This document shows positions 53,746-64,000 of a DNA stretch of 64,000 nucleotides, one piece after another. A program made the translations under genes and the position numbers. This DNA comes from Eledone cirrhosa (taxonomy: Eukaryota): contig OZ024742.1 of NCBI GenBank assembly GCA_964016885.1, forward strand, positions 266,786,001 through 266,850,000. Reading direction: 5' to 3'. The notes under the pieces are model-generated. The model ran no database searches. It was not told where the DNA came from and saw nothing but the letters and a program-made list of their open reading frames with translations. Within the stretch, counting starts at the first letter, position 1. Every line of letters begins with the position of its first letter.

Positions 53746-55015
53746 CACATACACACACAAGCATAGATAGTCGTAGATAAGTACACCGAACTAAATACAT
53801 TTAACAATACGAAATATTTCCTCATTACTTTTAGAAATTCTGTAGATGTGTGATGTCATTTTTAATGTCATTTCCCCGGCGTTTTAGCTCAATAGAAACT
53901 GCCTTGTATCTTATTTTCCCCTCTGAGTCGAAAGTTAATTTTATCACGAGGAAAAATAATTTAATAAAGAAATTTATTCTCATTTAAATGGATTTAATTT
54001 GGTAAAATTAAGAAAAAAAAATGACATGCCATCATTTCCCGTTCTTTCTTTAATTTCAAGTTGGTTTGTCGCATTATATTTATTATTTACCTGTTATTGT
54101 TTGTTTTTGCCTGTTATATGTAAATATCGGTTAAGGAGTTTTCAGTGCCTTGCTCATGATGTAGCACGTCGTCTCTCTTTTTTATAGAGGATGAAACAAT
54201 TATCAACTAAGCTATTTCTAACACTTCTCTCTAAATACGTTTATTATGAGATAATTTACTGCAATGAAAGTTTATTGTAATAATTGAATAAATTTAAATA
54301 AATTATGAAATAAGTCTAATCCTATTTTCCTTGGCAAATAACATTAATTATAATGGCATGTATATGTTAAAAATGAGCAATGTAAAATTTAAGTAAAACA
54401 ACCAGAAACTCAAGATAATCGATTGACTTTATTACGATTTTAAATTTTCTTTATTTTATGGCTTAGTCAGAGTAAGATGTATAGTAGTCGTATTTTCTTA
54501 TCCGGGTATTCGATATTGGAGAAAAGAAGGAAGGTATCTTAAGACCAGAGCCCTATCTTTAAGACTTGCAACATGGTGCTCTTTGCTAGGCTGAATGCTA
54601 GGCTGTATTGCATTAAGAACAGAGATGATTACATCCATGGAACTTCTATAAGTTTTTCCCTCTACCATCGACACCAAACTCGGTGTCGATCCAAGGCTCA
54701 GTGTACTATATGAATATGAATTGACTCGGAAAATCCTTGGAAATTATTAACCACAAAATGATGAATGTGTCGACGGTGACTAGTTCAGTCTTCTTATATA
54801 ACTAATAATCAGTATGAAGCTTATGAATATTTACAATATCAAATTTCTATTTACCTCAATATTTAAAATCAGAAAAGAAAAAAAGATTTAATCCGCTTCA
54901 TATCCAGTATTCTCATCTAACCCCAGCTTTCTACCGCTGCTTTTTTTGTACACACACACACACACACCCATACACACATACGCACAGACACACACACACT
55001 CACACACACTCACAC

Positions 55016-55139
<124 letters not shown>

Positions 55140-55429
55140 TCTCTCTCTCTCACACGCACACACGCACACACAGACTCACACACACATACACACTCATACA
55201 TCCATGAAAATATGAATGTTATCACAAATAATCTTCACTCGTCTCAGATGATGGTTATGCAGAATTGCAAGTGCGTCAAGCTTTATGATGTTTTAAACCC
55301 TTCGCTAGCATTCAAATCCTGCCGAGATCAATTTCGCTTTCATCATTCCAGTGTCGATAAAATAAAGAACTAGTCAAGTACCGTAGACAAATTATATTTT
55401 TACAAAGAATAAGGATTGTGAAAAGAATT

Positions 55430-55508
55430 ATAATAATTGTTTCTACTTTTGGCACAAGGCCAGCAATTACCCAGTGGTACTTTATTTTATCGACCACGTA
55501 AGGATGAA
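55430..55508 (-). mobile_element. SINE-1 3' fragment
   Basis: Tail match; flanked by GAAAAGAATT repeat. Confidence 0.8.
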
Positions 55509-56028
55509 AAAGAATTGTAATAATAATAAAAAAACGTGAAACGCTAAACGGACGAGAGCCTTAGCCTCTCAAAAATGTCGTTGTATAGTCCTAGGTCAGA
55601 TCTAATTATGCTGATCTATTCCAGTTACGGTAATTTCTAATTATGCTGATCGTATTCCAGTAACGGTCATTTCATACTTTTTTTTTTAGATATCTAGGTC
55701 TATAATATACAACAGTGTCCAATATATTGCAAACATTCAGGATAAGTCTCCGGTCTAAGGACATCTTTCCCTCTAACAAATGCCAAACGACCTGATAAAA
55801 TACGGTTACTGCACATCTTGCTCTGACGAAGTCATGAAATTCGAATATTTAGAATCAAAACTAGGTAGATAGGATTTCTGGTTGTTTTACTTAAAATTTA
55901 CATTGCCCATACTGATGCGTAACATCTGCATGCCGCTAAAATTAATTATATCAAATAGGATTAAAGTATTTAGTAATTTATTTATATTTATTCAATTATT
56001 TCAATAAACTTTAATTGAAGTAAATTAT

Positions 56029-56137
56029 AATCCCGCCGAGGTTGACTTTGCCTTTCATCCTTACGGGGTCGATAAAATAAAGTACCAGTAATGCACTGGG
56101 TAATTGCTGGCCTTGTGCCTAAAGTAGAAACAATTAT
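56029..56137 (+). mobile_element. SINE-1 3' part
   Basis: AATCCCGCCGAGGTTGACTTTGCC...AAAGTAGAAACAATTATT. Confidence 0.9.
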
Positions 56138-57479
56138 TTGATAATACACGTCTTTATCGAGAAAAGTTAGACTAGCTTAGATTGTCGCGTCTTCCATACA
56201 AGATGATAATGTTTTTTATTAGGGTGTAGTATGAAGAGAATTTGGCTGACATTTCTAGCCATTTGTCTATTACTAGATAGATAAAGAAGTAGTTGGATAA
56301 AAATGTAATAGGTTTCCTCGATGCATCTCGAACTACTTTTTGTAAACCTGAATAATTGTACCTCTGCGTGTTTGCAGCAAAAAGAATAGAGAGAATAATG
56401 AAGTACAAAAATATAATAAAACACCATCTACTTTCATGCTTTAAACCATTAAATCCTGTCATTTTCAGGAGATATAAGAAAATTGCTATAAATCTGATGC
56501 GTGTTCACATCTTTTGTGAGATAACCAAAGGAAATAATTGAAAACAGTTAAACATAAGTCCACTAGATTAACCGTTCATTATCTTTTCCATGATTCAGAT
56601 ATCTTAACAAAGGCCTGGCCTTTTACAGCATACCGTTTGGTTTGATAAAGAGATTTGCCATTGGCGTGCATGTATGTGTCTAAATGTATGCGGTATGAAT
56701 GTGAAAAGTTTATCTGTATGTATGTATGTGGGTATAGTTTGTTTACTGTGTGGATGTGTCAGAGTGAATGTAGCTGTTAGAAAGAAATGTATTCGAGTAA
56801 GATGCATGTGTTTGTATGCATGTGCATTGTGGGTGCAAAATTGAGAGTGTGTATGTTGTGTGTTTCTTAAAATTTATAAGTGTATTCGTGAAAGGCTTTG
56901 TATTTGCATGCATTGTATGGTTGTGTGCGTTGTATGTATTGTCAGTGTCAGTGTAATTTTTTTTATAGTTGTTGTCTACAAATAATAAAAAGAAAAATGC
57001 ATTGGTCAAATTGACATTACACTAGATTGGCTGATCCAGGATATCGTGTAGTACGGTCGGGATCATAATCATGCAGCCACAAATCGAATTCCTTAAGCAT
57101 TGTGTGTTTTCAAATCGGGTACATATTTTGTAGGAACGTTTACCTATGCATGTATTAATGTATGTTTATTTTAAGTCGTGATAACTATATATGTAGTGCG
57201 GGATATGAGGGAATAGAACGTATATTTTAGAAATAGTCATGTTATGTGTGTCCATGTGTATATGCATTTGTGGTAGGGTCCGTACCGTAGATAGAACTCA
57301 ATGTAATCTGATAGTGAGTAATCCAGTGAAATCCATAAAAAGGTTCTGTGTTCCGCTGAGTTAATTCCTTAGATACCCAGTCAGATATTAGGAATTAATT
57401 TAACAATGAAAATAATAACAAAGTCAAGTTATTTTCATTGTTAAATTAATATCTAATATATATATATATATATATATTT

Positions 57480-57913
57480 TTATTATTCTGAATTTGTATA
57501 GCAAGATTCTTTATCTGAAAACGTGTGTTGAAACCGATATTGTTATACTTTGGGAGGGTCATGTTGCCAATAAGAAATACACGCACCAGGTGCTTTCACT
57601 CCAATTTATAAATTAAATTATAAATTTAAAAGTTTATAAATTTCCGGTTGGTTGGTTGGTTCCACAACCGAACGGTTGTTCATATATTGTCAAAGTTCTT
57701 TCGTCACACATTCTGTGACCTCTTCAGTGACTGGGGATTATTTTCTTTGTTTTGTGCTTCTCCTTTGTTCTGTCCTACGCCATCTCGTTTTTGTGTGTGT
57801 TGTGTGCTTAGTTTGCGCATGTGTTACATCCGGGTGTCTGTGTGTGTTTTTATTGTTTATTTATTTGTTTATTTACATGTTACTGGTTGCTTGTTTGTTC
57901 TATGTGTGTGTGT
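57480..57913 (-). mobile_element. PLE family A 3' end with hammerhead (57688-57732)
   Basis: Matches 11041-11445; GTCA-CTGAAGA-GGTCACA..TGTGAC-GAAA-GAAC-TT-TGAC. Confidence 0.85.
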
Positions 57914-58162
57914 ACGAAATGAATCCTACACGCATGCGTAGATCTATCAACGAGATAAATATTCGCATAAATGGACAAAAGTAACGAGTCAAAATTGCTA
58001 CTAGAAATATCAAATATAGATTATCTTTCAGCTGACCCTGTAGGGAGGAGCAAATTATACATACGTAACATTGTCAGAAATGCATAACATATCAAGGAAA
58101 AGAGGTTTTTTTAGCGATCTCTTTTCATTGAGATGTTATGTATATTCTGACAATTTTACATA

Positions 58163-58289
<127 letters not shown>

Positions 58290-58550
58290 GGTGCTAAGGG
58301 ATTCCGAAGAATAGATCAAGGATACAAAGCGCTCTATGCAATGTACAAAGTATATTATATGAATAACATCTCAATACGAAAGCATGCTAACTAAGGTTTC
58401 AAACTTCAACCAGCAAAGGACAAGGCATTTTACGGCTGCTAGTTTAGTTATCTTCAGGCATGCCTAAACACAAAACTAACCACACATGCCTGAAGATACG
58501 TAGTGTCCATTTGTCTTGAGATACTATTCATGTAATATATATATATATGT

Positions 58551-58582
<32 letters not shown>

Positions 58583-58585
58583 ATG

Positions 58586-58661
<76 letters not shown>

Positions 58662-58952
58662 GTATACATTACACAAGCCGTAATAATGCTGAAAGGAGAG
58701 GAATAGATGTAAACTTTCTTCCAGAGGATGTTATTGAATGAGCCGACAAAACGACAAAACATATATTCTTTCCTTCCACGCAGAGGAGTGAAAGGAAGAT
58801 TAAGAGGGGCCGGAAATTAGAGGCTGTATCTCAGCATGATTCAGCAAGCGGAAAGGAGAGAACAAAGGTTAGATAAATAGTGACATGGATAGATAGACAG
58901 ATAGAGAGAGGGAGAGGGAGAGGGAGAGGGAGAGGGAGAAATATATATAGAA

Positions 58953-58985
<33 letters not shown>

Positions 58986-59355
58986 TAGATAGATAGAGAG
59001 AGAGAGAAAGAGAGAGAGTGAGAGAGAGTGAGGAGTTGCTGCACAAGTAAACAAAACAGTTAATCAAATATCAAGGACGTGTAGCATCACCGTGCAATAA
59101 AAAATAACAAATTGGCAAACTAATAACAGAACAGCTTGGATGAATGGAAAACATGCTTCTATTATTCTTATTAGTCATCACCGGACAATGAAATTCCGTG
59201 AATAAGCGTGACATTGCATAATATTGCGCCAACGGTTCGCAACGGCAAGAAAAGATCATTGAAAAATACATACAAGATAATATAATAACAGAGACGGACG
59301 GAAAAATATACGAGTGTCTTTCGACTAGAACACCAAAGTGAGTACACATAACATA

Positions 59356-59410
<55 letters not shown>

Positions 59411-59472
59411 ATGTATGTATGTATGTATGTATGTATGTATGTATATACGCATGCATGCATGTATATAAATAA

Positions 59473-59504
<32 letters not shown>

Positions 59505-59512
<8 letters not shown>

Positions 59513-59756
59513 GTTTCGCATTTCTAAAGAAAAACGGTTTTAGGAAGCCGTAGCTATGCAAACACCGTGGCTAACGACCTCTGGTGGTGTCCAACAGAAG
59601 CAAGGGGGTCAACCGTCTATGCATTTCAGACTTGACTGGCCTTCTTCAGGGCGGTCCCTCCCACCTGCTGGACACCACCAGAGGGCGTTAGCCCCGGTGT
59701 TTTCATAACTACGGCTTCCTAAAACCGTGTTTCTTTAGAAATACGAAATTTCTATA
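59505..59756. mobile_element. Fold-back cassette (~90-bp arms) with a hammerhead in the loop
   Basis: 59505-59597 vs 59665-59756 reverse complement; TA-rich flanks. Confidence 0.85.
59613..59654 (-). ncRNA. Minimal type I hammerhead ribozyme
   Basis: CCGCC-CTGAAGA-AGGC cagtcaa GTCT-GAAA-TGCA-TA-GACGG; palindromic ATGCAT; one helix I mismatch. Confidence 0.8.
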
Positions 59757-59800
59757 CATATTTGTATAACGCTATGCTTGAAGCGAAATCCTATTTATAT

Positions 59801-59880
<80 letters not shown>

Positions 59881-59885
<5 letters not shown>

Positions 59886-59943
59886 AACGAGTAGGACCCC
59901 GACGGCTGAGCTCAAGCCGTTTCGACGGCTAATTCTGGACTAT

Positions 59944-60034
<91 letters not shown>

Positions 60035-60166
60035 AACGAGTAGGACCCCGACGGCTGAGCTCAGCCGTCGGGGTCCTACTCGTTCCTATTACCCACTCTA
60101 CTACCCTAAGTATTGAGTACTTTAGTGCGTTATGGTCCACCTGGTTCCTTACCACATTTCCTTCGT

Positions 60167-60197
<31 letters not shown>

Positions 60198-60458
60198 AGA
60201 AATGTAAGCTATCGCCGTATTTTGACTAAAGAAATTAAAAAAATTATTTAGCCTGATAGTGGGGTGTTGGTGTAAATGGTATCACAGTGGTCCGGATAAC
60301 CATGTACGTCAATACTCATCTTTTTCCATTTCTCCGAGGGTTCTTAACCCCACTATCAGGCTAAATAATTTCTTTAATTTCTTTAGTCAAAATACGGCGA
60401 TAGCTTACATTTCTAATAATTTCAAACCCACTCGCTGTTTCGAAAATATTCTTACTTG

Positions 60459-60551
<93 letters not shown>

Positions 60552-60742
60552 AAAAAGTATGACTCCGACGGCAGAGCTCAAGTCGTTTCGACGGCTATTT
60601 CTAGTCCAGAAATAGCCGTCGAAACGGCTTGAGCTCTGCCGCCGGGGTCATACTTTTTACTATTACCCACTCTACTACCCTAAGTATTGAGTACTCTGGT
60701 GCGTTATGGTCCATCTGGTTCCTTACTACAACTCCTTTGTTA
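59881..60742. mobile_element. Cluster of family D fragments (59884-59941, 60032-60167, 60549-60742) plus an unrelated fold-back (60193-60460)
   Basis: Palindromic junctions at GAGCTC and CTAG; all separated by (TA)n. Confidence 0.8.
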
Positions 60743-60791
60743 TATATATATATAATATATAAGATCAAAAGATGGTTAAAAGAGTTCCATG

Positions 60792-60862
60792 TATTTTATT
60801 ATGCGCATTTCAAAAACAAATATCATCATGCAATAACATTTGCGTTTTCGTCAGATAAAATA
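60792..60862 (-). ncRNA. Type I hammerhead ribozyme (left arm of 60750-61035 fold-back)
   Basis: Reverse complement of 60925-60995. Confidence 0.85.
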
Positions 60863-60924
60863 GGGAGACATGATATGAAGGTTAAAACACACTTGTGAAT
60901 AGTGCATATCATATCATGTCTCCC

Positions 60925-60995
60925 TATTTTATCTGACGAAAACGCAAATGTTATTGCATGATGATATTTGTTTTTGAAATGCGCATAATAAAATA
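60925..60995 (+). ncRNA. Type I hammerhead ribozyme (right arm)
   Basis: TATTTTAT-CTGACGA-long helix II (CAAATGTTA/TGATATTTG)-GAAA-TGCGCA-TA-ATAAAATA; 8-bp helix I, palindromic ATGCGCAT. Confidence 0.85.
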
Positions 60996-61117
60996 CATCG
61001 AACTCTTTTAACCATCTTTTGATCTTATATATTATTATTTATACTCCAGTCCTACAAACTGTAGAGTGCTACTTATCCGATATCTGCTTTGCTTTATTGT
61101 ACTACAACTCACCTCCT

Positions 61118-61158
<41 letters not shown>

Positions 61159-64000
61159 GTTTTGAGAGGTTTTTATATGAAATCGTGTGTCGAAACAAAT
61201 ATTGTTATACTTGGGGAGGGTCATATTTGTGTAATATTGCCAGAATTAATAACAGAACACACTCACTGTTTGGTTGGTTTTCGTGAAGTAAACAACAATA
61301 CATCTAGCGATCATAACAATAATAATAATGCTAATGATAGGAACAACAACAACCACCATGATAACAATAATAGCAACACACACAACTATGACGATAGATA
61401 TAATGACAACCCTTAGAGAAACTATTTTTCAACCCAGCTGACAAAACATATAAGATGGGTAATATCTATCCTACGAGGTTACCCTTTAATAAAAGAGTTT
61501 GCATACCACAACAAATAAATGACGAGACAGAGGCACAGTTCACCATAGCTAGAAATAAGATTAGACAAATAGTAGACCGGTATACTAAGAGACAGAGCAG
61601 ACCAGAGGCCCAACAACTGGGAGGAAACCTGTAGAAGGCTTGATTAGCCTCAAGCAGCGCACAAGGGATGGTGAGGTAGTATGTCTACCCACGGATAAGT
61701 CTGGTAGAATGTCAATAGATAGCATGCCGAACTACATCAAGGCTATGCAACCCCACGTCACCAACACGAGCGAAATTGCACAGCAAATACATGATGGGAG
61801 AGAGAAAATCCTCAACGCTCACATGATGATGTGAACTGACATCCTAAAGCCAAGCAGACGCACTGCAAACAACTTCCAGGCGTCTAACAATGGCATACCA
61901 CCCTTGTATGGGCTCCGCAAAGACCACAAGACAGTCGACGACCCGACAACAGGACCACCAACAAGACCCGTATGCGGAGCAAATATAGCTAGCAACTACA
62001 GGATCTCCTACTTCCTCTCAATGGTTATACGCCCCATAATCAAGATGTCCCCAGATGTATGTGACAGTACAGAGGACCTCCTCAGCAGAATCATCAGTGA
62101 GTGCAACAAAAACAGGAACCTATCCAACTGCATAATAGGCAGCATGGATGTGGTATCACTGTACCCATCCATTAACATTGATTTTGCTGTGGAAGAATGT
62201 GTGGAGATGATCATTGGGAGTGAGGTGGAGTTCTGCGACGACGACACAGACGAACTGGGCCTCCTACTTAGACTTACCTACGACACTGACTACCTAGACA
62301 GCCATGACCTTAGACGTTTCTGCCCTAGTAGACCCATAAGAGGTAGACCCCCCCACCGTAATCTCAATGGCAAAAAAGACTCCCATGGGAAGGTGGATTG
62401 GGTGGACCAAAGCTATACGGACCCCCAAAACTATGATCAGGTAAGAAAAATGGTCGCACATGCAACAGGGCTAGTATCAAAACTACCCTAAAGGGCCACA
62501 TATTCAAGTTCAACGAGAAGATCTACACCCAAAATGAGGGAGCAGTCATTGGCGTCAGCATAGCTGGTGATGTTGCCAACCTTTTCATGGTATGGTGGGA
62601 AGGGAGACTTAAAGATCTCCTTAATGAGAGCTCCATATACCTCATCATGTACTCTCGTTACGTAGACGATATCAATATAGTTATAAGAACATCCCCACTA
62701 GAGAGCACTAAAAAGTTTGATTTAGAACGTAGCACAATGGAAAGCATCCAGCAGATAGCTAATTCCATACACCAGAGTATAACTGTAACTATCGACTTCC
62801 CTTCCAAACACCCTAACAATAGACTACCTGTATTAGGCACGGAACTCTGGATTAACACTATAGACGAGAGAGCCCAAATTCTCCACTCACACTATGCTAA
62901 ACCCATGGCCTCCAAATATCTGATACTCAAAAACTCAGCAATGTCCAGTAGTGCTAAGTTTAATATTCTGATCGCAGATTTGGTACGACCCAACAGAAAT
63001 GGAAAGACACATCCAACACTTCATCAACCGCATGCAGTTCTCTGGCTACAACCAAAGAGATAGAGTCAGAGTATACGAAGAAGCCATGGAGAAGTATAAG
63101 ACCCTCATAGAACTGGACATGAAAGGAATTTGCCCATTATACAGGAGCAAATCATGGAATAGCTTAGATAGGGCTAGACATAAGATAGGGAAAGCCACCT
63201 CATGGTACGACAACCAGAGATACCAGAGTGTCATGTTTGCGAACGCTATCCCTGGAGGGAAATTAGCTAACCAGTGTAGAAAGGCCCTGAGAAAGACCGA
63301 CTTAAAGATTAAGGTGGTAGAAAAGCCAGGAACCACCATAAAATCCCTGATCAGCAAAACCTACCCTTTTAAGAAAACCCACTGTACTAATAGGAAATGT
63401 ATCATATGTAAGGTAAACCCCCTGATAAACTGTAAAACTAGAAACGTAGTCTATAGCATAAGATGTACAGAGGGTACTTGCAGAAACATGACAACAACAT
63501 ACATAGGCGAGACAGCTCGTAGCATAGGTGAAAGGATAGACCAACACCGGGGGAACTAAAAGGACGAAAAAACGGTTCAGTACTATACGAACATGCCAGA
63601 CAACAACACGACGGTAATATAGACAACATAGAAATTAGAATAATATCTAAACATAGAAATGACCCAGCAGATAGGCAGATCAGAGAGGCCAGTGAAATAG
63701 AACTTAGAAGGCCAAGACTAAACAGAAAGAATGAATGGAATAACAACAACACCCAAACAAACAACACTGACCTAAGAGAAGTATAAATAAATAAATAAAT
63801 AGATAAATAAATAAATAAATACATACACAAGCACAATAACAACAAATACATATAAACACACACTAGTAAAGATAGAATACATTAACCGATACACAGTCAC
63901 CCAATCACGAACACACATCAAACAAAACACTGTACACACACGCAAACGCATGCGCAAAGAAGACAAAATAAAATAAACAAACAAACAAACAAATAAATAA
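61159..64000 (+). mobile_element. Near-complete PLE family C: inverted 3' terminus (61159-61283) followed by direct element running off the window
   Basis: 61159-61283 is the reverse complement of ~46165-46283; RT + EN coding region follows; starts at (TA)n. Confidence 0.9.
61400..63786 (+). pseudogene. PLE reverse transcriptase + Cys linker + GIY-YIG polyprotein, disrupted (Neptune/Nematis-like)
   Basis: [76 protein letters not shown]; in-frame TGA at 61832 and several frameshifts. Confidence 0.9.

Noticed and set aside
54188-54210. Possible terminal exon after tttttatag; similar candidates at 35900, 52774 and 53208
   Set aside because: AG/GT signals are frequent by chance in AT-rich DNA; no way to link frames
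61832-61834. In-frame TGA in PLE RT as possible selenocysteine (as in some Naiad PLEs)
   Set aside because: Single TGA, plausibly TGG>TGA, in a copy that also has several frameshifts; the endonuclease is C-terminal, not Naiad-type

Overview
AT-rich eukaryotic DNA, almost certainly a coleoid cephalopod (octopod-like SINEs and (TA)n/(CA)n/(GA)n microsatellite load; inferred). There are no prokaryotic features, and most ORF-track entries are microsatellite artefacts. The window holds a few exons of a + strand host gene for a probable type II membrane protein (best exon 16392-16596 plus a 21-nt micro-exon) within long repeat-filled introns or intergenic DNA. Repeats: about 14 copies of a tRNA-derived Deu/Nin-domain SINE, two CORE-type SINEs, decayed LINEs (RTE, Tx1/L1, CRE, R4/Dong-like), non-autonomous Helitrons, a hAT-type MITE, and many Penelope-like element (PLE) pieces, including a near-complete RT+GIY-YIG pseudogene at 61159-64000. 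The most striking pattern is a set of fold-back cassettes from several unrelated PLE-type families. They sit in (TA)n tracts with both arms pointing outward, and many carry minimal type I hammerhead ribozymes with palindromic helix III. Several hammerheads are intact, and one family has a non-canonical CAGAAGA core. An RTE also begins with an HDV-like ribozyme fold. Coordinates were read by eye and may be off by a few bases.
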